Assembly (NCBI GenBank): GCA_963632255.1
Contig: CAVGTC010000001.1
Location: 3,965 to 67,964, forward strand
Direction of reading: 5' to 3'
DNA from: Lachnospiraceae bacterium
GTDB lineage: Bacteria > Bacteroidota > Bacteroidia > Bacteroidales > Bacteroidaceae
DNA: 64,000 nt
Shown here piece by piece: positions 30,787 to 40,102 of this stretch. The position numbers were made by a program, and so were the translations under genes. Numbering within the stretch: position 1 is the first letter of the stretch; each line of letters starts with the position of its first letter. The notes under the pieces were generated by a model, which worked only from the letters and a program-made list of their open reading frames with translations, did not search any database and was not told the origin of the DNA.

Positions 30787-31235
30787 CGCCCTTCCCGCCG
30801 CCAGGCGCGGAAATCAGTAAGTAAGCAAAACGGCGTTTTTTCTGACACTTTGAATTTCCGCCCGCATTTTAACATATTTGCTTTCGGCGGAAAAATGTAT
30901 TATCTTTGTACTACAAGATAGGGACATGCCGCGAGGCGTGCCCCTATTTTTGACCTATACTAATTATCAGCCACTTACGAGTCAAAATGCCTGCACTTGG
31001 ACCACGGAGTACCGCGGTATCTTGTCACTGGGGTGCGGCTTGGCCTTCAAAGTACCGCGGCATCTTGTCACTGAAGTGCGGCTTGGCGAAAAAAGCCCCG
31101 CGCGAGGCGTCTGAAAGTCCGCACCCTGCATTAAAGAAAGTTAAAGTTCGACTGTTTTCCGCCGCGCCTGTTTTGACACTTTGCCAACTTTTCCGGCGAA
31201 AAACAAGACAAACGAAAAAACCGCGCCTTTTCCGC
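30787..31235 (+). repeat. Dispersed promoter-hairpin element, copy 2 (long form)
   Basis: Reverse complement of 48803-49250 over about 450 bp; TTTG 30877-30880, TATCTTTG 30901-30908. Confidence 0.92.
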
Positions 31236-31381
31236 GCGGCCGCCCCCGCGCCCCGCCGGCGGGCGGACGCGCGGCCGAAAAACACAAAAAGCCGCGCGGC
31301 GGCGGGCGGGGCGCGAAGAAATTGCTAATTTTGCGTGATTTACGCAAGGTAAAAACATATTCATAACATTCAATTCGAGAG

Positions 31382-33598
31382 ATGAACGTGATTACAAAGA
31401 CCGTCGCGCTGCCTGATGGCCGCACCATCAGCATCGAGACGGGCAAGCTGGCCAAGCAGGCCGACGGCGCCGTGATGCTGCGCCTCAACAACACCGTGCT
31501 GCTGGCCACCGTCTGCGCAGCCCGCACCGCACAGCCGGGCACCGACTTCATGCCCCTGCAGTGCGACTACAAAGAGAAATACAGCGCCGCCGGCCGTTTC
31601 CCCGGCGGCTTCACAAAGCGCGAGGGACGCCCCGGCGACTACGAGATACTCACGTCGCGCCTTGTCGACCGCGCCCTGCGCCCCCTCTTCCCCTCCGACT
31701 ACCACTGTGAGGTGTACGTCAACATCACCCTCTTCTCAGCCGACGGCGTGGACTTGCCCGACGCCCTTGCCGGCTTCGCCGCATCGGCCGCCCTCGCCGC
31801 GAGCGACATACCTTTCGAGGGTCCCATCTCCGAGGTGCGCGTGGCACGCGTGGACGGCGAGTACATCGTCGACCCCACCTCCGAGCAGCTGAAAAGCGCC
31901 GACATGGACATCATGGTGGGCGCCACGGAGGAGAACATCATGATGGTGGAGGGCGAAATGGACGAAGTGCCCGAGAGCGCCCTGCTTGAGGCCCTCAAGG
32001 TGGCCCACGAGGCCATCAAGCCCATGTGCCGCCTGCAGAAGGAGCTCTCCAAGGAGCTCGGCACCGACGTGAAGCGCGAGTACGAGGACGAGGTGAACGA
32101 CGAGGAGCTGCGCGCGCAGGTGAAAGACGAGTGCTACGCCCCCGCCTACGCCATCGCGCAGGCCGGCGACCACGACAAGCACCAGCGCGAGGACGCCTTC
32201 ACCAAGATACGCGAGGACTTCAAGGAGAGCTACGCCGCCGCCCACGCCGAAATGGCCGCCGACGAGCTGGAGGAGAAAAACGCCCTCATCGACCGCTACT
32301 ACCACGACGTGGAGCGCGACGCCATGCGCCGCTGCATACTTGACGAGGGCAAGCGCCTCGACGGCCGCCGTACGGACGAGATACGCCCCATATGGTGTGA
32401 GGCGGGTCCCCTGCCCATGCCCCACGGCTCGGCCATCTTCACGCGCGGCGAGACGCAGGCGCTCGCCACCACCACCCTCGGCACGAAAATGGACGAGAAG
32501 ATGGTGGACGACGTGCTTGACAAGAGCTACATGCGCTTCCTCCTGCACTACAACTTCCCCCCGTTCTCCACGGGCGAGGCTAAGGCGCAGCGCGGCGTGG
32601 GACGCCGCGAGATTGGCCACGGGCATCTGGCGTGGCGCGCGCTGAAGGGACAGATTCCCGCCGACTTCCCCTACACGGTGCGCGTGGTGAGCGACATACT
32701 CGAGAGCAACGGCTCGTCGTCAATGGCAACCGTGTGCGCCGGCACACTCTCGCTGATGGACGCCGGCGTGCCCCTCAAGGCACCCGTGAGCGGCATCGCG
32801 ATGGGGCTCATCAAAAACCCCAGCGAGGACAAGTACGCCGTGCTGAGCGACATCCTTGGTGACGAGGACCACCTCGGCGACATGGACTTTAAGACGACGG
32901 GTACGCTCAAGGGACTCACCGCCACGCAGATGGACATCAAGTGCGACGGCCTGTCGTACGAGATACTTGAAAAGGCGCTGGCCCAGGCCAAGGCCGGCCG
33001 CGAGCACATCCTCGGCAAGCTCACCGAGACGCTCGCCGCGCCGCGCGATGACTTCAAGCCGCAGGTGCCCCGCATCGTGGCCTTCGAGATACCCAAGGAG
33101 TTTATCGGAGCCGTGATTGGCCCGGGCGGAAAGATTATCCAGGGCATGCAGGAGGACACCGGCGCCACCATCACCATAGACGAGGAGGACGGCGTAGGCA
33201 AGATACAGGTGAGCGCCCCCAACAAGGAGTCCATCGACGCCGCCGTGGCGAAGATACGCGCCATCGTGGCGATGCCCGAGGTGGGCGAGGTGTACGACGC
33301 CAAGGTGGTGAGCATCATGCCCTACGGCTGCTTCGTCGAGTTCATGCCGGGCAAGGAAGGCCTGCTGCACATCAGCGAAATTGCCTGGAAGCGCCTTGAA
33401 AGCGTGGAGGAGGCCGGCATCAAGGAGGGCGACGCCATCAAGGTGAAGCTGCTTGAGATTGACGAGAAGACCGGCAAGTTCCGCCTCTCCCACCGCGTGC
33501 TGGAAGAGAAGCCCGAGGGCTGGGAGGACCGCCCCGCGCGCCGTCCCCGCCGCGAGGGGGGCGAGGCCCGCAGCCCGCGCCGTCCGCACCGCGACTGA
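31382..33598 (+). CDS. pnp: Polyribonucleotide nucleotidyltransferase
   Basis: [38 protein letters not shown] and S1 domains. Confidence 0.98.
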   Translation: MNVITKTVALPDGRTISIETGKLAKQADGAVMLRLNNTVLLATVCAARTAQPGTDFMPLQCDYKEKYSAAGRFPGGFTKREGRPGDYEILTSRLVDRALRPLFPSDYHCEVYVNITLFSADGVDLPDALAGFAASAALAASDIPFEGPISEVRVARVDGEYIVDPTSEQLKSADMDIMVGATEENIMMVEGEMDEVPESALLEALKVAHEAIKPMCRLQKELSKELGTDVKREYEDEVNDEELRAQVKDECYAPAYAIAQAGDHDKHQREDAFTKIREDFKESYAAAHAEMAADELEEKNALIDRYYHDVERDAMRRCILDEGKRLDGRRTDEIRPIWCEAGPLPMPHGSAIFTRGETQALATTTLGTKMDEKMVDDVLDKSYMRFLLHYNFPPFSTGEAKAQRGVGRREIGHGHLAWRALKGQIPADFPYTVRVVSDILESNGSSSMATVCAGTLSLMDAGVPLKAPVSGIAMGLIKNPSEDKYAVLSDILGDEDHLGDMDFKTTGTLKGLTATQMDIKCDGLSYEILEKALAQAKAGREHILGKLTETLAAPRDDFKPQVPRIVAFEIPKEFIGAVIGPGGKIIQGMQEDTGATITIDEEDGVGKIQVSAPNKESIDAAVAKIRAIVAMPEVGEVYDAKVVSIMPYGCFVEFMPGKEGLLHISEIAWKRLESVEEAGIKEGDAIKVKLLEIDEKTGKFRLSHRVLEEKPEGWEDRPARRPRREGGEARSPRRPHRD

Positions 33599-33852
33599 CA
33601 ACGCCGCCGCGCCGCCTCCCGCGCCAAGTGACCGCATGACATGACGCGGCCAAGGCGCGTGCCGCAGCCGGCTAATATGACACGAGCCGCCCGCCCGGAG
33701 CCGCACAGGCCCGGCGGGCGGCTCTCTTTGCGCCCTTTTTCTTAACTTTACCGCAACTTTAAGGTGGGTTCTATTAATTCCCACCGTAAAGAATAACATT
33801 AAACTAACAAAGCAAATTTATAGAACCCACCTTTAATAAGACCCCCTACCAC

Positions 33853-34917
33853 ATGCGCCACCTCCTACCCGCCATACTGCTTGCCGCGCTGCACGCCGCG
33901 TGCCTCAGGGCACAGCCGAAAGTGGAGTTCGACCAGACGATGCGCGACATGGGCACGCTGATTTGGCAGCAGCCCCGCACCGCAGTCTTCAACCTTGTCA
34001 ACAAAAGCACGGAAACGCTTTACATAAAGGACGTGGAGACCGACTGCGGCTGCACCCTGCCGCAGTGGACGGAAACGGCGATAGAGCCGGGCGGAAAGGG
34101 CACCGTGAGCGCCACGTACGACGCCGCGCTGCTGGGGCATTTCTCGAAAAACCTCTTTGTGCACACCAGCCTTTCGGACACGCCCTACCGCCTCCGCCTC
34201 ACCGGCGAGGTGGCGCTGCGCGAAAAGGCGGGCGCGGGCAGCGACTACCCCTACAAGGTGGGCAGCTTCTCGCTGAGCGCGGAGGACGTGGAGTTTGACG
34301 ACGTGCGCAAGGGCGACACCCCCGAGCAGACAATATATATATACAACGGCAGCGGAAAGAGTTACGAGCCCGAGCTGATGCACATGCCGAAATACCTCAC
34401 CGCCGCCATGGAGCCGGCGGTGATACGCCCGGGGGCGACGGGGCGCGTGACGCTGCGCCTCAACAGCCACGAGCTGCGCAACCTCGGTTTGACGCAGACA
34501 AACGTGTACCTAAGCCGCTTCGTGGGCGACCGCGTGAGCCGCGAAAACGAGATAGGCGTGTCGGTGGTGCTTCTGCCCGAAGTGCCTGAAACGCCCGACT
34601 CGGACAGTCCGCAGCTGCTGCTTGACAGCGCCACGGTGACGGTTGCGCCGTCGGGGCGCAAGGGCGCGGCGGGACAGCTGCTGCTTTCAAACGGCGGCAC
34701 GCGCCCGCTCACCGTAAGCATGCTGCAGGTGTACCACCCGGGCATCAGCGTGAGCTTGTCCAAGCGCGAGGTGGCGCGGGGCGAGACGGTGAAGCTGAAA
34801 ATAAAGCTCAACGACGCGGCGGTGCAACAGGGGAAAAACCGCAGGATACTGCTTATCACCAACGACCCGCTGCACCCGAAGACCATCATCAACGTGCACA
34901 TAGCGGAGGCGGAGTGA
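33853..34917 (+). CDS. DUF1573 domain protein (Ig-like repeats)
   Basis: Signal peptide, TDCGCT..W...IEPGGKG motif. Confidence 0.8.
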   Translation: MRHLLPAILLAALHAACLRAQPKVEFDQTMRDMGTLIWQQPRTAVFNLVNKSTETLYIKDVETDCGCTLPQWTETAIEPGGKGTVSATYDAALLGHFSKNLFVHTSLSDTPYRLRLTGEVALREKAGAGSDYPYKVGSFSLSAEDVEFDDVRKGDTPEQTIYIYNGSGKSYEPELMHMPKYLTAAMEPAVIRPGATGRVTLRLNSHELRNLGLTQTNVYLSRFVGDRVSRENEIGVSVVLLPEVPETPDSDSPQLLLDSATVTVAPSGRKGAAGQLLLSNGGTRPLTVSMLQVYHPGISVSLSKREVARGETVKLKIKLNDAAVQQGKNRRILLITNDPLHPKTIINVHIAEAE

Positions 34918-34960
34918 CCACACCCGCGGCACGCACGCCGCCTTGAAAGGAAGAGTGACA

Positions 34961-35008
34961 AGCAAAAGGGCAAAGACGGACTTGCGCCGCCTTTGCCCTT
35001 TTGCTTTT
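34961..35008. terminator. Probable bidirectional intrinsic terminator
   Basis: AGCAAAAGGGCAAAG...CTTTGCCCTTTTGCT between convergent genes. Confidence 0.7.
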
Positions 35009-35084
35009 GTGCTTTGCCGGACAGCCCGGGGTGTCACAGGATATCCCGCGCGGGTTTTGCCGCCCCCGGGGGATGCCGCCGGGG

Positions 35085-35585
35085 TTATCCCTCCTCCGCC
35101 CGCACGTAGTCGGCGAAGGTGAACGGCGCGGCGTTTTTCTCGTCGGCCGTGTGGCTCTCCTCCGCCACCAGCCGCCACTCCGCCGCGTCAAAGGGCGGGA
35201 AAAAGGCGTCGGCGGCGGGCGCCTCGGCGTGCACAAGGGTGAGGTAGAGGCGCGAGGCCCGCGGCAGGGCGGCGGCGTAGACGCTCTCGCCGCCGATGGC
35301 GAAGATCTCCTCGCCGGCTCCGCACGCCGCCAGCGCGTCCCCGAAAGAGCCGAAGACCTCCGCGCCCGGGGCGGCGTACCCCTCCTGCCGGCTTATGACG
35401 ATGTTGCGGCGGTTGGGCAGCGCGCCCTTGGGCAGCGACTCGTACGTCTTGCGCCCCATCAGCACGGTGTGCCCCGTGGTGAGCCGCTTGAAGCGTTTCA
35501 GGTCGGCGGAGAGGCGGAAAAGCAGTCCGCCCTCATACCCTATGGCGCGGCGCTCGTCAAGCGCGCAGATGATGGATAGTGGCAT
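35085..35585 (-). CDS. folA: Dihydrofolate reductase
   Basis: DLKRFK, MGRKTYESLP, LPNRRNIVISR, IGG, ADAFFP. Confidence 0.95.
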   Translation of the reverse strand: MPLSIICALDERRAIGYEGGLLFRLSADLKRFKRLTTGHTVLMGRKTYESLPKGALPNRRNIVISRQEGYAAPGAEVFGSFGDALAACGAGEEIFAIGGESVYAAALPRASRLYLTLVHAEAPAADAFFPPFDAAEWRLVAEESHTADEKNAAPFTFADYVRAEEG

Positions 35586-35627
35586 ATATATGGTGTGTGT
35601 AGGGTTTTCCTGTCCGTGTAGAGGCGT

Positions 35628-36629
35628 TCACTCCCCCTCAAGCTCGCGCAGCTCGTCCCCGGAGAGAGGGGAGCCGGAAATGACGCGCAGGTTGTCGGCA
35701 AGCTGCTCGACGCGGCTTACGCCGACGATGACGCTCGTCACCCCGTGGTGTCCCAGCACCCAGCGCAGCGCCACATCGGCAAGGCTTTCGCCTCGGTGGC
35801 GGGCAAGTGCGTCCCAGCGTCGCAGGCGGGCGAGCAGCTCCGGCGTGAGCGCGCTCTCCTTGAGTGTGACGTCGGTGCGCATCCGCGAGTCCGCCGGCAC
35901 GCCCGAAAGGTAGCGGTCGGTCAGAAGCCCCTGCGCAAGCGGCGAGAAAGCCACAAGTCCCGTGCGCTGCTCCCTCACCGCGTCCAGCACGCCGTCGTGC
36001 TCAATAGTGCGGTCGAGCAGGTTGAGTCTGCCCTGGTAGGCAAGGACGGGCACGTCGCGCTTGCGCAGGTATCCGCAAGCGTAGCGGAAAGCGTCCGCCG
36101 GCCAGCGCGAGATGCCTATGTACAGGGCTTTCCCCTGCCTTACGATGTCGGCAAGCGCCTGCAGGGTTTCGTCAAGCGGCGTGAGCGGGTCGTAGCGGTG
36201 GGAGTAGAAAAGGTCGACATAGTCCAGCCGCATGCGCCTCAGGCTCTGGTCGAGACTCGCCATAAGGTACTTGCGCGAGCCCCAGTTGCCGTAAGGTCCG
36301 GGCCACATGTCGTAACCCGCCTTTGTGGCGACGAAAAGCTCGTCGCGGTAGGGGCGGAAAGAGCCGTCCATCAAGCGCCCGAAAGTCTCCTCCGCCGAGC
36401 CGTACGGCGGCCCGTAGTTGTTGGCGAGGTCGAAGTGCGTCACGCCGTGGTCGAAAGCGTAGTGCAGCATGCGCTCGCTCTCGGAGAAAGGGCGCGCCGC
36501 GCCGAAGCCTTTCCACAGCCCCAGCGACACGCGGGGGAGAAGCACGCCGCTGTCGCCGCAGCGGGCGAAAAGGGCTTCGGCGTCGGCGTAGCGCGTGTCG
36601 GACGCGCGGTAGGGGAGGTGGTCTTGCAT
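35628..36629 (-). CDS. Aldo/keto reductase (YghZ/Gpr-like)
   Basis: HFDLANNYGPPYGSAE, TKAGYDMWPGPYG, FSPLAQGLLT. Confidence 0.92.
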   Translation of the reverse strand: MQDHLPYRASDTRYADAEALFARCGDSGVLLPRVSLGLWKGFGAARPFSESERMLHYAFDHGVTHFDLANNYGPPYGSAEETFGRLMDGSFRPYRDELFVATKAGYDMWPGPYGNWGSRKYLMASLDQSLRRMRLDYVDLFYSHRYDPLTPLDETLQALADIVRQGKALYIGISRWPADAFRYACGYLRKRDVPVLAYQGRLNLLDRTIEHDGVLDAVREQRTGLVAFSPLAQGLLTDRYLSGVPADSRMRTDVTLKESALTPELLARLRRWDALARHRGESLADVALRWVLGHHGVTSVIVGVSRVEQLADNLRVISGSPLSGDELRELEGE

Positions 36630-36741
36630 GGGGAGCTTGTTGTTGTGCTTATATAAAGATGCGTGTCGCGGCGAAGTGTCCGGTGCGGGCACACGGGGGC
36701 GCAGTGGGGCGGGGATGCCGCGCGGCAGTGCGCGTTACGTG

Positions 36742-38202
36742 TCAGTTCTCCCCCGTCCCCTTCCAGTTGACGAGGTAGAGCTTTCCCGTGGTGCGGGTGA
36801 AGGCCGTGTAGAGCCAGCGCAGGTAGGGCAGCCCCATGTCCTCCTCGGGCACGTAGCCCTGGTCGATGTACACGCGCTCCCACTGGCCGCCCTGCGCCTT
36901 GTGGCAAGTGACGGCGTAGGCGTACTTAAGCTGTATGGCGTTGTAGTAGGGGTCCTGCCGCAGGGCACGCATGCGCTCGCGCTTGGAGGGGATGTGCATA
37001 TAGTCTTCCAGCACGCCCTCGTAAAGCCTGTGGCTCTCCTCGCGCGTGAGTGAGGGCGACTCGGAGGTGAGCGTGGAGAGCAGCACGCGGCAGTCCGCCT
37101 CAAAGTCGCCGTAGTCGGGGAAACGCAGCGTGGCGTCGGCGAAGCGGAAGCCGTACTGCTCGTGCTCATTGTGTATGCGCACCACCTCCGCCGTGTCGCC
37201 GTTGGCTATGAAGCTGAGGGGGAGACGCTCGCCGGGGGTGAGCGACTTGGCAATCTGCTCCGTCCAGTAGTAGTTGTTCTTCACCGCCATCACGAGGTCG
37301 CCGCGCGTCAGCTCGTCCTCACGGTCGAAGATGCGGCTGCGTATGCCGTTGTTGTAGATGTTGGCGCGTTTGTTGGAGCGCGTGACCACGATGACCTGGT
37401 CGGTGCCGTAGTTGCGGTAGTCGCCCTCCAAAGCCTCTACAAGTTCGCTGCCGGGCAGTGCCACCACCTCGCCCGCCGCGCTTGTGCGCAGGGGCGGGAT
37501 GCCCGTGAAGCCCTCCGCCTGCAGGCGGCGTATGAGCGTGGCGCCGGAAAGCACGCCGCTGTCGCTGTGCTGGCGCACTACCTCGGTGAGGTCGGCGCTG
37601 CCCACAAGCAGTCCGTAGCGGTGCAGCACTTCCTCGCGCAGGGCGGGACTTTCGTCCTCGCCCACGGGGGGGAGCTGCGCGGTGTCGCCCACGAGGAGCA
37701 GGCGGCAGCCCTGCCCTTGGTAGACAAATGACACGAGGTCGTCCATCAGTTCGCCCGTGCCGAAGAGTGAGTCGCCCATCACGCCCGCCCCGCTGGCTAT
37801 CATCGAGGCCTCGTCGACAATGAAGAGCGCGTCGCGCAGCTTGTTGTAGCCAAGAGAGAAGCGCGTACCCTCGCCGTTGAAGGTTTCCTGGCGGTATATC
37901 ACGCGGTGTATGGTGTACGCCGCCTCGCCGGCGTGGCGGGAGAATACCTTCGCCGCCCGCCCTGTGGGAGCAAGCAACACAGCCTCGCGCCCCAGCTGCC
38001 GCAGCACGCGCACCAACGCGCCGACAAGGGAGGTCTTGCCCGTGCCGGCGTACCCGCGCAGTATGCACGCCGCCATAGGACGCGGCGTGGTGACGAAATG
38101 GGTGAGCAGCAGTGCCGCCTTGCCCTGGGAGGGGGTGAACGGCAGGCCGAACTCCTTTTCAAGGAGTGTGTATACTCTTTCGTTTGTGGTGTCTGTCTGC
38201 AT
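36742..38202 (-). CDS. RecD-like superfamily 1 DNA helicase/ATPase
   Basis: GYAGTGKT, APTGRAA, VDEASM, GDTAQLPPV, YAVTCHKAQG. Confidence 0.9.
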   Translation of the reverse strand: MQTDTTNERVYTLLEKEFGLPFTPSQGKAALLLTHFVTTPRPMAACILRGYAGTGKTSLVGALVRVLRQLGREAVLLAPTGRAAKVFSRHAGEAAYTIHRVIYRQETFNGEGTRFSLGYNKLRDALFIVDEASMIASGAGVMGDSLFGTGELMDDLVSFVYQGQGCRLLLVGDTAQLPPVGEDESPALREEVLHRYGLLVGSADLTEVVRQHSDSGVLSGATLIRRLQAEGFTGIPPLRTSAAGEVVALPGSELVEALEGDYRNYGTDQVIVVTRSNKRANIYNNGIRSRIFDREDELTRGDLVMAVKNNYYWTEQIAKSLTPGERLPLSFIANGDTAEVVRIHNEHEQYGFRFADATLRFPDYGDFEADCRVLLSTLTSESPSLTREESHRLYEGVLEDYMHIPSKRERMRALRQDPYYNAIQLKYAYAVTCHKAQGGQWERVYIDQGYVPEEDMGLPYLRWLYTAFTRTTGKLYLVNWKGTGEN

Positions 38203-38402
38203 GGCTTTACGGGCGGGACAAATTTACGGAAAAACGCACTAACCGCCTTGAAGCCGTCCGCTGTCCGCCGCTTTTGCCATGATCGCTTTACGATTTGCCA
38301 TACAAACGTCCAATCGCGCCCTTTGTTGACAAAATGCGAGATTTAATCTAAATAAGTCAGTCAGGGCTTGGAGTAACGGAAATAGTTACTACTTTTGCAG
38401 TG

Positions 38403-38654
38403 TGTTAAAGCGAACGACGGTTCGCAAGCCCGCGAAAGCGGTCAGACACAAGCCACAAATACGGAATTCTGACGGGACTCGGCAGGGAAGGGTTTTGAAG
38501 CCGAAACAAATCTCCCGGAAGATATAGGAAGGTCTCATCCCCCCCGAAAGAGGGCGGGACACTTCGGACAATAGCTATAAGGTAATAGTGTTTTTTAGGT
38601 AAATGACGAAAGGGGCAGCTCGCGTTGTGAAACGAGGACTGCCCCGCTTTTTTT
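38403..38654 (+). ncRNA. Candidate structured small RNA (about 250 nt)
   Basis: CTTG-N19-TACTTTTG promoter (38367-38397), several hairpins, terminator GGGGCAG...CTGCCCC plus T7; no credible ORF. Confidence 0.6.
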
Positions 38655-39106
38655 ATCCTGTTTTGTCCTGCCGCGCCCCCTTTGTGGCTCTTTACGGGTG
38701 CGAAAGCTCTCTTCGCCCATCGTTTTCCCTGCCGCGCAAGGGATTCGCTGCCGGAATTCCCGCTGTTCCGCCTACGCGTTTCCGCTTTTCCACCTGCTAA
38801 ATTCCGCCTTCTCCTCCCGTTTCTCACGCAACCACGTTTGATTTTGCCCTGCGAAACCACTTGACCGGGCTTCCTTATATCCAGACCGCCCGCGAGACCG
38901 CCTCTTGCGCCATTCACCCGCTGCCGCCGCGCACAAGAAAGCGCACTTGCCGCACAGGATGCGCAGCAAGTCCGCCTTTTAGGTTAATTTCGGTCAAATC
39001 CGTGTCCGCCTTCAAGCCTTTATAGAACCCGCCTATAATGTATGCCAGCCGTAGAGTATGCCCGTGCGGGGCGCAACCTCCGGCAGGGAGGGGCGCATTT
39101 GGCGCG

Positions 39107-40015
39107 TCAGAAGCCCCACTTGGCCTTGACGCACTGGTCCTCCACGCTCTCCTCATCCGCCACTTTGGAAAGGTTGGGGAAGAAGTTGATGCCCGTGAGC
39201 TGCTCCAGCCGGTTGACACTGACGGCGTGCGTGCCAATCACCGAAAGCGGTGCTTTGTTTTCGTACGTGTAACCGTACTCTTTGTGCTCCATCCAGAAAG
39301 CGATGGAGCTGTATCCGCCGTTCTTGATGGCAAGCAAAGCCATGAAGTAGTACTTCGGCACAGCCACCCGCGCCCCGTTGCTGCGCGTCTGGTAGCCCAG
39401 CGTCTGGTCGAGCGTCCCGCCTTTCACCACATAAAGTGTGTCGGCAAAGCTGGAGCTGCGTCCGAGCGTCTGCACACGGGCTTCAAGCGTAGTCCAGTAG
39501 CCCTGGTTGAAAGAGGAGAGCATCGGTGACATATTGGACATGTAAAAGGTAAGGTAGTTGGCGCTGACGGAGTAGAGGCGGTCGGCCGAGGCGCAGAGGT
39601 GGCCGCGGTTGTAGCCCCAGTCAAACGTCTGCGTGCCGATGCGCAGCGAGGCGGGGAGGTCGGGGTCGTCGGCCCAGGGGTTGTCGCTGCGTCCCGTGCC
39701 TTTCGCACGCGTGACACCGTCGAAGCGGAAAGCCACCCAGCGCGAGTGGTACTTCGCCTTGTTGTACTCAAGGCAGTAGGCCATCACGTTCTTTCCGTTT
39801 TCGGTGGTGGTGTGAATCAGCGTCACCGTCGAGCCGTCGGTGCATGTCGCGGGGCACTCCATGCGTGTGGTGACATCGGCGGAGGCCTCCGGCGTGCTGG
39901 TGTCGCTGCCGCCCTCCTTGCCGTAGCTTACGCGCCCGGAGCTGTCGTCGTCACCGCACGAAAGGAGGAGGACGGCGGAAAAGGAAAGGAGAATATATAT
40001 TGCGTATTTCTTCAT
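39107..40015 (-). CDS. DNA/RNA non-specific endonuclease lipoprotein (His-Me finger, NucA/EndA-like)
   Basis: Lipobox LLLSC, YNRGHLCAS, TFYMSNMSP..FNQGYW..LE, VPKYYF. Confidence 0.9.
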   Translation of the reverse strand: MKKYAIYILLSFSAVLLLSCGDDDSSGRVSYGKEGGSDTSTPEASADVTTRMECPATCTDGSTVTLIHTTTENGKNVMAYCLEYNKAKYHSRWVAFRFDGVTRAKGTGRSDNPWADDPDLPASLRIGTQTFDWGYNRGHLCASADRLYSVSANYLTFYMSNMSPMLSSFNQGYWTTLEARVQTLGRSSSFADTLYVVKGGTLDQTLGYQTRSNGARVAVPKYYFMALLAIKNGGYSSIAFWMEHKEYGYTYENKAPLSVIGTHAVSVNRLEQLTGINFFPNLSKVADEESVEDQCVKAKWGF

Positions 40016-40102
40016 TGTCGTCTGTCTGCGTAAACAATAGGAAAGCCGCTGCCGCAAAAGGACTTGCGGCGGCGGCTTTCCCCTGTTTCAGGAAGCCGGG
40101 GG

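Noticed and set aside
30878..31328. Short ORFs recurring in each element copy (e.g. ...CIIFVLQDRD..., MAENQYR...)
   Set aside because: Starts, stops and frames differ between copies; conservation is at the nucleotide, promoter and hairpin level
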